Of a stretch of DNA of 64,000 nucleotides, positions 37,001 to 48,853 are shown piece after piece. The stretch lies in assembly GCF_004010195.1 (NCBI RefSeq), contig NC_057713.1:102416124-102480123 (forward strand). Reading direction: 5' to 3'. The notes beneath the pieces were generated by a model. That model saw only the letters and a list, made by a program, of their open reading frames with translations. It did no database searches and was not told the origin of the DNA. The stretch's first letter is position 1; the number at the start of each line of letters is the position of its first letter. The translations under genes and the position numbers were made by a program. The DNA is from Chiloscyllium plagiosum. Its lineage: Eukaryota.

Positions 37001-40000
37001 TAAGGATAGCAAAGGGAACAAGAGAGGAGGGTGAGTGGCATTTTTGGTTAAGGATAACATTATTATTGTACTTAGGATATTCCTGGGAGAACATCCAGTG
37101 ACGTTAAATAGGTGGAACTGAGAAATAAGAAAGGGATGACCACTTTATTGGGATTGTATTATAGGCCTCCCAATAGTCAGGAGAAATTGAGAAGCAAATG
37201 TGTTAGGAAATCTCTGATAGCTTTAAGAGGGTTGTAATGGTAGTGGATTTTAACTTTCCAAACATAGACCCAGGACAGCCACAATGTGAAGGGCTTGAAT
37301 GAGGAGGAATTTGCATACAATAACATTTTCTTATTAAATATGTGGATGTATCTACAAAACTTGACCTTCTCTTGGGAAACAAAATTTAAAATAAACTATG
37401 AAAAAAGAATAGACCTGATCTAAAAGGTAAATTGAAGTAAGGCCAATTTTAATGGTATTGGACAGGAATTTTAGAAAGTTGATTAGGGGAGGCTGTACAC
37501 AGGCAAAGAGACAGTTGAAAAATGGGAGGCCTTCAAAACAAATAACTATAGTTCAGAAACAGTACGTTCCTCTTAGTACAAACAGCAAGGCTGGCAGATT
37601 TAGGGAATGGTGGATGACTAGAAAAATGGAGTGTTTGATCAGGGAAAAGGAGGAAGCAAATTTCAGGTATAGACAGCACGGATCAAGTGAATCTCTATAA
37701 GTATAAAGACAGAAGTATACTTAAGATGGAAATCAGAAGACATAAGAGATTTGGCAAATAGGATTAAGGAGAATCCAACTAGATTCTACAATACATTAAA
37801 GGTTAAAAAAAGTAACTAGGGAGAGAATAGGGCCCCTTAGACATCCTAAACAATCTTTGTGCAGAAGTACAGGAGATGGGTGAGCTACTAAATGAATATT
37901 TCACGTCAACATTTACTTGAAGGAGGACATAGAGTCATAGAGATGTACAGCATGAAAACAGACCCTTTGGTCCAACCCGTCCATGTGGACCAGATATCCC
38001 AGCCCAATCGAGTCCCAACTGCCAGCACCTGGCCCATATCCCTCCAAACCCCTCCGACTCACATACCCATCCAAATGCCTCTTAAATGTTGCAATTGTAC
38101 CAGCCTCTACCACTTCCTCTGGCAGTTCAGTCCATACACGTACCACCCACTGTGTGAAAAAGTTGCCCCATAGGTGTCTTTTGTATCTTCCCCCTCTCAC
38201 CCTAAACCTATGCCCTCTAGTTCTGGACTCCCCAACCCTTGGGGAAAAGACTTTGTCTATTTACTCTATGCGTGCCCCTCATAATTTTGTAAACCTCTAT
38301 AAGTTCACCTCTCAACCTCAGACACTCCAGGGAAAACAGCCCCAGCCTGTTCAGCCTCTCCCTGTAGCTCAGATCCTCCAACCCTGGCAACATCCTTGTA
38401 AATCTTTTCTGAATCCTTTTAAGTTTCACAACATCTTTCCGATAGGAAGGAGATCAGAGTTGCATGTAATATTCCAACAGTGGCCTAACCAATGTCCTGT
38501 ATAGCCACAACATGACCTCCCAACTCCTGTACTCAATACTCTGACCAATAAAAGAAAGCACACCAAACTCCGCCTTCACAATCCTATCTACCTGAGACTC
38601 CACTTTTTCAAGGAACTATGAACCTGCACTCCAAGGTCTCTTTGTTCAGTAACTAGGACCTTACCATTAAGTGTATGAGTCTTGCTAAGATTTGCTTTCC
38701 CAAAATGCAGCACCTCGCATTTATCTGAATTAAACTCCACCTGCCACTTAGCCCATTGGCCCATCTGGTCAAGATCCTGTTGTAATCTGAGGTAACCTTC
38801 TTTGTTGTCCACTACACCTCCAATTTTGGTGTCATCTGCAAACTTACTAACTGTACCTCTTATGTTCACCTCCAAATCATTTATGTACATGACAAAAAGT
38901 GGAGGACCCAGCACCTTTGAGCTAGTTCTGTATCCAAATAGCTAGTTCTTCCTGTATTTCGTGAGATCTAACCTTGCTAATCAGTCTCCCATGGGTAACC
39001 TTATCGAACGCCTTACCGAAGTCCATATAGATCACATCTACTGCTCTGCCCTTATCAATCTTCTTTGTTACTTCTTCAAAAAACTCAGTCAAGTTTGTGA
39101 GACATGATTTCCCACGTACAAAGCCATGTTGACTATCCCTAATCAGTCCTTGCCTTTCCAAATACATGTACATTCTGTTCCTCGGGATTCTCTCCAACAA
39201 CTTGCCCACCACCGACGTCAGGCTCACTGGTCTATAGTTCCCTGGCTTGTCCTTACCACCCTTCTTAAACAGTATCACCACGTTAGCCAAACTCCAGTCT
39301 TCTGGCACCTTACCTGTGACTAACGATGATAAAAATATCTCAGCAAGAGGCCAAACAATCACTTCCCACAGAGTTCTCGGGTACACCTGATCAGGTCCTG
39401 GGGATTTATCCACCTTTATGCATTTCAAGACATCCTGCACTTACTCATCTGTAATATGGACATTTTGCAAGGTGTCACCATCTATTTCCCTGCAGTCTAT
39501 ATCTTCCATATCCTTTTCCACAGTAAATACTAATGCAAAATACTCGTTTAGTATCTCCCCCATTTTCTGCGGCTCCACACAAAGGCCGCCTTGCTGATCT
39601 TTGAGGGGCCCTATTCTCTCCCTAGTTACCCTTTTGTCCTTAATGTGTTTGTAAAAACCCTTTGGATTCTCCTTAATTCTATTTGCCAAAGCTATCTCAT
39701 GTCCCCTTTTTGCCCTCCTGATTTCCCTCTTAAGTATATTAAGTTAGAGAAATAAATGGTGATGCCTTGGAAAGTGTCCAAATTACAGAGGAGGTTGTGC
39801 TGGAGCCCTTAAAATGCATAAAAATAAATAAATTCCCAGGACCTGATCAGGTGTGTACCAGAACCTTGTGGGAAGCTAGGGAGAGATTGCTGGGCCCTTT
39901 GTTGAGATGTCTGTATCATCAACAGCCACGGGTGAGGTGCTGGAAGACTGGAAGGTGGCTAACAGAGTGCCATTATTTTCAAAAGGTGGTAAAGAAAAGT

Positions 40001-43000
40001 CCGGGAGCTGTAGTCTGAGTCTGACATCAATACTAGGTATGTTATTGGAGGAAATTCTGAGGGATAGGATTTACATGCATTTGGAAAGACTAGGACTCAT
40101 TAGGGATAGTGAACATGGCTTTGTGGATGGGAAATCCTATGTCACAAGCTTGATTCAGTTTTTTGAAGAGGTGATTAGCAAGGTTGAAGGCACACAAAAG
40201 ACATTTGTGTGGATTTCAGTAGACTAGTTAGCAAGTTTAGATCATGTGGAATCCTGGAAGAGCTAGGAGAAAGTGAGGACTGCAGATGCTGGAGATCAGA
40301 GCTGAAAATGTGTTGCTGGAAAAGCGCAGCAGGTCAGGCAGCATCCAAGGAACAGGAGAATCGACGTTTCAGGCATAAGCCCTTCTCCTGGAAGAGCTAG
40401 CCAATTGGATACAAAATTGGCTTGAAGGTAGGAGACAGAGCATGATAGTAGAGGATTATTTTTCAGAGTAAAGGCCTTTGACCAGCAGTGTGCCACAAGG
40501 ATCTATGCTGGGCCCACTGCTTTTCAAGATTTTATATAAATGATTTGGATATGAATATAGGAGGTATAGTTAGTAAATTTGCAGATGACACAAATAGGTG
40601 ATGTTATGGATTGTGAAGTTTGAGTACGACAGGACTTTGATCAGATGGGCCAAGGAGTGGCACATGAGTTTATCAGATACGTGTGTGATGCTGCATTTTG
40701 GTAAGGCAAACGAGGGGAGTTAATGGTCGGGCCCTCTGGAGGGTTGCCAAACAAAGAGATCTAAGGATGCAGATGCATAATTCCTCAACAGTGGAATTGT
40801 AGGTAGACAGTGGTGAAGAAGGCATTTGGCATACTTGCCTTCATTGTTCAGTGCATTGAGTATAATTGGGATGTCATGTTGCAGCTGTACAGGACATTGT
40901 TGAAGCTACTTTTAGAATACTGTCTTCAATTCTGGTCTCTCTGCTAGAGGAAAAATGTTGTTAAACTTAAAAGGGTTTAGAAAATATTTACAAGGAAGTT
41001 GTCGGGATTGAAGGGATAGAGCTACATGGAGAAGCTGAAAAGACTGCCTCTTTTCCCCTCAAGCATTGGAGGCTGAGGACTGACCTTAGAGGTTTACAAA
41101 ATCAAGAAAGACATGGAAAGGGTGATTAGCCAAGGTCTTTTCCTCAGAGTGAAGGAGTCCAAAACTAGAGTGCATAGGTTTAAGATGAGAGGGATAAAAT
41201 TTAAAAGGAACTTGAGGGTAACCTTTTCACACAGAGGGTGGTGCGTATATGAAATGAGCCAGATGAGGTGATGGAGGCAGATACAATCACAATGTTTAAA
41301 GACATCTGGATAGGTATGTGAATAGGAAGAGTTTAGAGAGATATGGGCCAGATGCTTAGTTTAGGATATCTAGTCGGCACAGACAGTAAGAAGCAGGCCA
41401 TTTTGCCCATGGCGTCCACACCAACCTTACAAAGAGCATCCCACCCAGACCCAACCCCGTCCCTGCATTTCCCTTGGCCAATCCACCTAACCTGCATATC
41501 TTTGGACTGTGGAAGGAAACTGGAGGACTGAGGAAACCCACACAAACATAGAAACTCCACACAGTCCCTGAAGCTGGATTCGAACCTGGGACCCTGGCAC
41601 TGACGCAGCAGTACTGACCACTGAGCCACCATGTCACCCATGGCAAGTTGGACCAAAGGATCTAGTGCTGTATAACTCTGACTCTAGGAGTGATGCTTCA
41701 CTGTTGTGGAGTCTGTGTAAAGTTGTTCAAATTATAGCTTGGGTTTTTCATTTTGTTACAAATATAATGACAGCAATGGGTGAATGTTCAGTAACTGACC
41801 ACATCACAAATTACAAAACAAAACTTGACTTCTCTGTCCAGATTTTAGTCTGAAATTGATTCTTTCCAATATAGCCATTAGCTGAGATCATAACATTGTG
41901 TACTGCCCCAGTAAAAGGATACATAATCAACTTATTCCTATATTGCTGCCAGTGTTACTGTTAAATCTGCATCACTTCCTCTCTTCCAAATAGATGATTT
42001 GGCTGGGATCTAAAATACTCATACAAACAAATGCACAGTTGTACTGTTGTCCAAGATGTACAACTTTATGAATGCCTTTGAATTTTGTAGCTATTAATCC
42101 TTTTATTTAGAATAAAGCACAATATCTATCAATAAATTCACTCACTGCCTTGCGTATCAAGAGTTAGGCATGATCACTATGCTTTTTTAAAAAGCTTGCC
42201 AAGTAGTATGTTAAATATGTTATCCCATTCTAGAGATGGTTACGAACTATTCTTCGATAAGCTGAACGAACATAACATCCCAGTCTTCATATTCTCTGCT
42301 GGCATTGGTGATGTACTAGAGGAGATTATTTCTCAGGCTGGTGTCTTTCATTCAAATGTGAAGGTAGTCTCCAACTTCATGGACTTTGATGAGAAGGTAA
42401 TTTGAAATCCGAATTCCTTTTTTCTACAATTTACAATGTTGCAAAGAACCTAGTAATCCTTTGCAAGAAAGAACTTGATTACAACAGTGTCTATAATTGG
42501 AAACAGTCTTTTTGATATAGTCCTTGTGAAAGATGTTTAACTGTGATTCGCGGAGCCACATTTTCACACAGTAATGGTTACTTTTAATAGATGAAAGGCA
42601 TTGTTTAAGGTCAAAATAACTTGTGCAACATATTATAACCCACATGTATGTGTTTGCTGTTAAATAGCAAAAGTCATTCAGCTGAGATTTTCTCATTTCA
42701 GGGTATTTTAAAAGGCTTTAAAGGTGAGCTTATCCATGTTTATAATAAACACGATGGAGCCATAAGAAGCTCGGAGTACTTCGATCAACTAAAGGAGAAT
42801 TGTAACATTATCCTTCTGGGTGATTCATTAGGAGACTTGACCATGGCAGATGGTGTTCAAAATGTTGAAAGCATTCTCAAGATTGGATTCTTAAATGATA
42901 AAGTAAGAAATAGTAAGACAAATCATTAGTATTAATTAGGGTCATATGATTATAAGAATTAGGAGCAGCTGTAGATAATTCAGCCTTTCAAGCCCACTCT

Positions 43001-44477
43001 GCCATTTAACATGATCATGGCTATCTTATCCTGATCTCAAATCCATTTTCCTGCCTGCTACTCATAGCCCTTTATTCCACTTTTCCTCAGAAACATCTTT
43101 CTTTCTTGTGTGGCATTTGATTTTTGCCTCCACTGTACTTTGGGGTATTGAGATCCGTAGATTCACAAGCCTTGGAGAGAAGTAGTTTCACCTCCTCCCA
43201 CTTTTGAACCTACCTCCTCTCAATCAATATTTATGATTTCTTGTTCTGGATAGTCTCACAAGGGGGAGCAACTCAACATCCATCTCCTTAGCATTTTATA
43301 TACCTCAATCAGATCCTCCCCCTCAATCTTCTGACTTCGTGAGTACAAACAAAATCTATTCAATTACCTCTCATACATCAGCTCTTTCAACCCAGGAATC
43401 AACATGGTGAACCTCCTCTGAACTGTGTACAGTGCTACCACATCCTTCCTCAAGGAGACCAAAATTGGACACACGATCCAGATGTGGTCTCCCCATTCGC
43501 CTTACATGATTGTAACAACAGTACTTTTTAATAATCTAATCCTGTTTCAGTAGTTCATGCATAAGGACATCCAGAAGTCACACTGACGCACTTCGAATCT
43601 GCTTCCCATTTAAATAATAATTTGCCCTTTTATTTTACCAGCCAAAATTGATAACCTTGTGCTTGTCAACATTAAACTCCATCTGTCAGATTCTGGCCTT
43701 TTCTCCTAGTCTTATCAATATCCATCTATAACCTCCTTATCTCTTTGATAAAGCCTGCTTTTCCACCTATTTTAGTATCACCCATGAATTTTGCTATGTT
43801 ACATTCTGTCCCTGGTTGCAGATTATTTCTATAGATTGTAAACAGTTGAGGTCTGAGAGCTAAACTTTGCAGCACCCCACTAGTTATATTTCACCATCCA
43901 GGTAAGAACCCCTTTTATCTCAACCCTCTACATGCTGTCACTCAACCAATATTCTACCATATGGAGCATAGTTCCCATTATATTATTTACTTTTGTCAAA
44001 GAAGCAGATATAATTTTGTAGAGGAATTACATGTATTACATTTGTGTGCTTGATTTTGAAAATGAAAAATGCTTATGTTAGACAAGCTTCACATTTGTCA
44101 GCCATTTTTGTTGCTGTTCTTCTCCCAATAGATATATTGTACAGATATAATACAATATATTATAGGCTATTACAATATTGTAATAGCCTAGCAAGCCTTT
44201 TACTACTAAGGTGCATTGTACTAGAACCTTGACTTCAATAATCAAGATGAATAAAGTCTTTGTAATTTCATGGCAAAATCAATTTTTGGTTCTTGAGATC
44301 AGCATTAATTCTTCATATCTACAAATTGAGATATTAGATATAAACATTTGTATCTTTCTCTTTAAATGTGCATAGGTGGAAGAAAGTTTAGAAAAGTACA
44401 TGGACTCCTATGATATAGTTCTGGTTAAAGAAGAGACATTAGATCTGACGAATGCTATCCTTCAGAAGATTCTGTGA
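18585..44477 (+). CDS. NT5C3A: Cytosolic 5'-nucleotidase 3A (pyrimidine 5'-nucleotidase, HAD family), 9 coding exons, 331 aa
   Basis: Exons 18585-18722, 30584-30682, 32147-32216, 33059-33105, 33188-33273, 34207-34296, 42234-42396, 42702-42902 and 44376-44477 total 996 nt, all GT-AG and in phase. HAD motifs DFDMT, FSAG and GDSLGD are present. The N-terminus MDRVAVVK...[26 protein letters not shown] is NT5C3A-type, and synteny with BBS9 and FKBP9 agrees. Confidence 0.97.
20420..21960 (-). mobile_element. Old degraded CR1 LINE
   Basis: Degenerate CR1 3' end and ORF2-like sequence on the minus strand. Confidence 0.6.
22047..22870. mobile_element. Old fold-back / non-autonomous DNA-transposon-like element
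   Basis: Diverged inverted arms about 22047-22335 and 22578-22870 (e.g. TTTGCAGACTAACAGGTGATGCAAAG and CTTTGCATCACCTGTTAGTCTGCAAA). Confidence 0.75.
23757..23862 (+). CDS. NT5C3A: Candidate alternative NT5C3A N-terminal exon
   Basis: TGTTAG acceptor and CAG|GTATCT donor in phase 0 with exon 2. Encodes ...[11 protein letters not shown], reminiscent of the mammalian alternative N-terminus MTNQESAVHVKM (recalled). Confidence 0.55.
24675..26760 (-). mobile_element. CR1 LINE (ORF2 RT region) with a nested Penelope mini-element at 26099-26268
   Basis: [36 protein letters not shown]. The nested hairpin is flanked by a 15-bp repeat with 2 mismatches (26084-26098, 26269-26283). Confidence 0.9.
27025..27610 (-). 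mobile_element. CR1 3' fragment with a nested Penelope hairpin mini-element (about 27294-27513)
   Basis: CR1 3' end. The insert has a symmetric centre CATCAGGAATTCCTGATG and is flanked by CCTTAAAAAT repeats (27280, 27514). Confidence 0.85.
28922..29275 (+). mobile_element. tRNA-derived SINE (SacSINE1/Deu-SINE-like)
   Basis: GGGGAGGCAATGGC...GGTTCAAATCCCAC head; conserved core CTGGTTCACTAATGTCCTTT...GGAAACTGCC...CTACATGTGACTCCAGAC; related copies at 58935 and 63148. Confidence 0.75.
29368..30540 (+). mobile_element. CR1 LINE 3' half
   Basis: [27 protein letters not shown]...EYDVQFWSP. Confidence 0.9.
30584..30682 (+). CDS. NT5C3A: NT5C3A exon 2
   Basis: [33 protein letters not shown] with AG/GT borders. 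Confidence 0.96.
31617..31827. mobile_element. Tc1/mariner (Tigger-like) MITE remnant
   Basis: TA-flanked imperfect TIRs TACAAGTCGTTCTGTTATAGC ... GCATTCTAGCAGAACTGACTGTA. Confidence 0.6.
32147..32216 (+). CDS. NT5C3A: NT5C3A exon 3 (HAD motif I)
   Basis: [23 protein letters not shown]. Confidence 0.96.
33059..33105 (+). CDS. NT5C3A: NT5C3A exon 4
   Basis: (N)[15 protein letters not shown], 47 nt. Confidence 0.95.
33188..33273 (+). CDS. NT5C3A: NT5C3A exon 5
   Basis: [28 protein letters not shown](W), 86 nt. Confidence 0.96.
34207..34296 (+). CDS. NT5C3A: NT5C3A exon 6
   Basis: [29 protein letters not shown](R), 90 nt. Confidence 0.96.
34915..35695 (+). mobile_element. CR1 LINE 3' fragment
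   Basis: Degenerate CAATTGTACAGTACCTTGGTGAGACCAC...TTCACCCAGAGAGTGGTG. Confidence 0.8.
36385..36692 (+). mobile_element. V-SINE (HE1-like)
   Basis: GGGCGGCACGGTGGTTAGCACTGCTGCCTCACAGC head and (TAATC)n tail. Confidence 0.9.
37928..39738 (-). mobile_element. CR1 LINE inserted in opposite orientation inside an older CR1
   Basis: [38 protein letters not shown] and [11 protein letters not shown] on the minus strand. Confidence 0.92.
40267..40385 (-). mobile_element. Penelope terminal mini-insertion truncated within the hammerhead
   Basis: 15-bp TSD TCCTGGAAGAGCTAG at 40252-40266 and 40386-40400; same family as 16890-17099. Confidence 0.88.
41385..41640 (-). mobile_element. V-SINE (HE1-like)
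   Basis: Minus strand TGGTGGCTCAGTGGTCAGTACTGCTG...GGTTCGAATCC. Confidence 0.85.
42234..42396 (+). CDS. NT5C3A: NT5C3A exon 7
   Basis: [54 protein letters not shown], 163 nt. Confidence 0.97.
42702..42902 (+). CDS. NT5C3A: NT5C3A exon 8
   Basis: [19 protein letters not shown]...[15 protein letters not shown]...KIGFLNDK, 201 nt. Confidence 0.97.
42945..43960 (-). mobile_element. Old CR1 LINE 3' fragment
   Basis: Degenerate CR1 tail (ATAAGAATTAGGAGCAG...) and RT remnants. Confidence 0.7.
44376..44477 (+). CDS. NT5C3A: NT5C3A exon 9 (stop TGA at 44475-44477)
   Basis: [33 protein letters not shown]; candidate polyA signals AATAAA about 44647 and ATTAAA about 45027. Confidence 0.96.
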   Translation: MEESLEKYMDSYDIVLVKEETLDLTNAILQKIL

Positions 44478-46759
44478 TATGAACACTGAAGATATACAGG
44501 CCTGTGCAAGCTCAAAACCGAAATACTCTTCTACCATTCATGTCATTTAATTGAACAGCCTCTTTCTTTTTTTTGAAAATGCTGTTCATTCTTCAGTACC
44601 TGGAACTTAAAATATTCTTAAAATTTGCACGAATGTGTCTGCAGTGAATAAAGGGAATAATGTGTGTTCTTTAGAAAGATTGGCAATTACACAAATAGGT
44701 CAGCCATGGGCAGATTTTAAACTACCTCTTAGATTTAGTTTAAATTCTGACTTTAACATTTAAAAGAATCTGTGTGTAGTTTTCAGTATATGTTCTCTCA
44801 AAAGAGAGAAGTATTGTAAGCTTGATGTACTATGGCTACATTGTGTATAACTATTGCAAGTTCTATACAAGAAACAAGCACTCTGAAGCAGTTTTTGATT
44901 TTTCAAATGTTTTTTAGATAACTAAGGATGCTGTTGGTTTACTTGTCACAGTTTGTGTTGCCTATTGAACATTGTCATTTGCATATTTTAAAATGAATGT
45001 ACATGAAAGAAATATTTGTACAGTACATTAAAGTTGGTGGAGAGATTTTTAAACACTGGGCTCTAATTTCTTAAAGCCGTTTAAATTTATTATAACAAAC
45101 TCCCCATTCCGTCTGGAAGAGTTGAATGGTGGCTAGATGTTTAGTATGGGGAAAAATGGGTTTCAATTCATGGAGTGCTGGCATCAACACTAAAGCAGTT
45201 GTACCATTGGGACAGTGTGAGAATTATGCAGAGACTAGTTTTCTAGAGCGTCAGTGCTATAGTGATGATACTAGTGAACTTGTAATCCAGAATAACCTCC
45301 AGCTGGTAGAAATTCAACAAAACCAGTCATTGGTAATGCTGACTGTGAAACCATTGTAACAATTCATGAGAGTCACTGGTTCCATGAGTGGTTTAGCCTA
45401 AAGGTGACTTGACCTATGGCTGACCCTTTAACTGCCCTCTGAAATGAGCTCCTGAGTTACTCAATTGTATAAAACTGCCATGAAGTCTAAAGGATTGAAA
45501 CCAGATGGTCTTTGCAGCAGTTCCTAGTCACTGGAAATGACAATATGGAACCTAATACTGTTGTTTCTGCAAAGTTCTCTCAGCTTTGACACTAGTCACC
45601 AGCAGTTAGTAAATCTGTGTCATAGAATAGTCATGCAGCACAGTAATTATGGTGCTATTCATAGGATTGTATCTTACAGACAATGTCATAAATATTACCA
45701 CTCCCTTCCCTAGGTATTTCTTGTCTGGATTTGGTTTTTTTTTAAGTCTTCAATAGAAAATCAAAGGGCATGTGGACAAAGAAACATAAAACTAATCACT
45801 AGGATTTAAGGCTGACAAATGCCCTGAACCTGACAACCTGTATTAGATAAGTTCTAAGGAAGGGTCATGTCCTGAAACATTAATTTTGATTTCTCTTCAG
45901 TTGCTTTCAGAGCTGCTGAGCTTTTCCAGCAACTTCTGTTTTTGTTAGTTGTAACTTTCCTGTTATCAGTGAAGCTAGAAAAGTGCATTGTTACTCAACA
46001 GATCACAGCATAAAATACTTTTCCAAGTTAACAAGATGGTAAAGCAAATGCCTTAAGTTTCAAATAAAAAAAAATTATCAACCAGATTATTAAATGTGAT
46101 TATTCGTTTATTAAAGTTTATTAAACAATGAAAGAATGCAATAACTGGTTAGCATATAATCTATAACTTGGAAGGATTAATTGTCTGTTTTTCTAAATAA
46201 GATAGAAAAAAATTCAGGAAAATAATCTCTCCAGAGATTAACTATAGAGAAGACATTTTCTGGCCACTATGGTGACTCTTAAAGGCAGAATAAGAGTGTT
46301 GAATGTTCCAGTTGTCATCAACCATGCACAGTTGTCTCTGGAATCTCTGAGGACCGTTTGCTCAGGAAGTACAATAGTGAGAAGTTCCTTCAATCATTTC
46401 TAGAAGGACTCTGAATTCAACAAGATGGTTCTTTTCAGGACAGCCTTTTTTCTCAATCCGGACACTGTTGAAACCACCCAGCAGGGGTCTACAGTAAAAC
46501 GAGCAATTATCAAGTCATAAACTAACTTGATTTAAAGAAATTCCAATATCCAGAATGACTTTGCAATAGCCACCTTAAAAGAAACATTCTAGGTATTTGC
46601 ACAAAACTTGAAATAAGTTGAATAAATTGATTTTCCACAATTGTTTAGAACTTGTCTGAGAAATATGAAATGAAATGTCTTTGCAATAATTTCACCCTTG
46701 AAAGCAATGAAACATCATTCATATATATCAGCTGGGAAGCCCATCCTCAGGCTTACTTT

Positions 46760-47185
46760 CCTCCAAGGTAGTTGAGACAGCGATAGGTGGACGAAGGCGA
46801 GTGAGAAGGTGATAGGTTGAGGGGGGGGAAAAGAGAGGAAGAGTGAATGGACAGGTCCAGAAGGTGGTGCTGAGATAATATGGTGGGAGGGGAAATGAGG
46901 AAGCTGTTGAAATTCACATTTATCCCATGTGGTTGCAGGGTCTCAAGGTGGAATATGATGTGTTCCTCCTCTATGTGTCAGGAGATAATGGTTTTCCCCT
47001 TCTGACCTAATCACCTTCTCCCTCACCTTTATCCACCACCCCTTAATTTATCTCTCAGCCCTGACGAAGGGATTATACCCAAAATGTCGATTCTCCTGCT
47101 CCTCGAATGCTGCCTGACCTGCTGTGCTTTTCCAGCACCATACTCTCGACTCTGATCTCCAGCATCTGCACTCTTCACTTTAACC
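46760..47185. mobile_element. Penelope-like element remnant (GIY-YIG C-terminus plus inverted terminal repeat)
   Basis: Minus strand about 46900-46975 encodes EEEHIIFHLETLQPHGINVNF. A degenerate hammerhead CTGACGAAGGGATTATACCCAAAATGTC lies at about 47061. Confidence 0.75.
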
Positions 47186-47256
47186 CTGCACTATCAGGCA
47201 ATACACTTGGTTTCGAAAAAGAGATTGACAAATTAATATAGTTCTTTGAAGTAGTA

Positions 47257-48853
47257 GTCAAGGATAGTAGTGGGAAATTGCGTGTGGAGGCGGAAGAGAT
47301 TGGGGAGACACTAAATGAATACTTTTCTTCAGTATTTACTCAGGAACAGGGCATTGTAGTCGATGTGAATACTGAGTCACAAATAAGTAGAATGGATGGC
47401 TTTGAGGTATGTAGAGAAGAGGTGTTGGAAATCCTGGAAAAGGTGAAAATAGATAAGTCCCCTGGGCCTGATGGCATTTATCCTAGGATTCTCTGGGAAG
47501 CAAGGGAGGAGATTGCAGAGCCATTGGCCTTGATTTTTATGTCCTCTTTGTCTACAGGAGTAGTGCCAGAAGACTGGAGGATAGCAAATGTGGTTCCCTT
47601 GTTCAAAAAGGGGAGTAGGGATAACCCTAGTAACTATAGGCCGGTGAGTCTCACTTCTGTTGTGGGCAAAGTCTTAGAGAGAATTGTAAGGGATAGGATT
47701 TATGCACATCTGGATAAGAATAATGTGATCAAGGATAGTCAGCATGGTTTTGTGAAGGGCAAGTCGTGCCTCACAAACCTTATTGAATTCTTTGAAAAGG
47801 TGACGAAGGAGGTTGATGAGGGGAAAGCGGTAGATGTGGTATATATGGATTTTAGTAAGGCGTTCGATAAGGTTCCCCATGGTAGGCTACTGCAGAAAAT
47901 ACGGAGATATGGCATTGAGGGTGAGTTGGAGGTTTGGATTAGGAATTGGCTGGATGGAAGAAGACAGAGGGTAGTAGTTGATGGCAAAGTTTCTTCATGG
48001 AGTGCCGTCACTAGCGGTGTTCCGCAAGGATCTGTTTTGGGACCATTGCTGTTTGTCATTTTTATAAATGACCTGGAAGAGGGGCTAGAAGGTTGGGTGA
48101 GCAAGTTTGCGGATGATACAAAAGTCGGAGGAGTTGTTGACAGTGAGGAAGCATATGGCAGGTTACAGCAGGATATAGAGAAGCTGCAGAGCCATAGCTT
48201 TAAGTTAAGGGGTGGTAGGTATAGGACAGATGTTAGGGGTAGATTTGGCATATGGCGTACTGGCTTTTATTGGTAGAGGAATTGAGTTCTGGAGTCCTGA
48301 GGTCATGATGCAGTTGTATAAGACTCTGGTGCGGCTGCATCTGGAGTATTGTGTGCAGTTTTGGTCGCCATACTATAGGAAGGATGTGGAGGCACTGGAA
48401 CGGGTGCAGAGGAGGTTTACCAGGATGTTGCCTGGTATGGAAGGAAGATCGTATGAGGAAAGACTGAGACACTTGGGGCTGTTTTCATTAGAGAAAAGAA
48501 GGTTTAGGGGTGACTTGATTGAGGTGTACAAGATGATTAGGGGGTTAGATAGGGTTGACAGTGTGAACCTTTTCCCGCGTATGGAGTCGGGTATTACAAG
48601 GGGGCATAGCTTTAAATTAAGGGGGGGTAGATATAGGACTGAAGTTAGGGGTAGGTTCTTCACTCAGCGAGTCGTAAGTTCATGGAATGCCCTGCCAGTA
48701 GCAGTGGTGGACTCTCCCTCTTTATGGGCATTTAAGCGGGCATTGGATAGGTATATGGAGGATAGTGGGTTAGTATAGGTTAGGTGGGCTTGGATCGGCG
48801 CAACATCGAGGGCCAAAGGGCCTGTACTGCGCTGTATTCTTCTATGTTCTATG
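47257..48853 (+). mobile_element. Young CR1 LINE, 5'-truncated, internally rearranged
   Basis: 332-aa and 188-aa ORFs with intact RT motifs ([22 protein letters not shown]); (TTCTATG)n tail; GTAGTA flanking repeat inside an older CR1. Confidence 0.93.

Larger units (their letters stand above)
36150..41690 (+). mobile_element. Near full-length degraded CR1 (ORF1 esterase, EN, RT) with nested insertions
   Basis: ORF1 SGNH-like VVISGLL...MNAWL...GRLHLNWKG, then endonuclease and RT remnants. Interrupted by a SINE (36385), an inverted CR1 (37928), a Penelope mini-element (40267) and a SINE (41385). Confidence 0.85.

Noticed and set aside
18552-44477. Calling the nucleotidase NT5C3B
   Set aside because: The N-terminal anchor exon, PTCH, HDGA motif, C-terminal QKIL and synteny with BBS9/FKBP9 all indicate NT5C3A.
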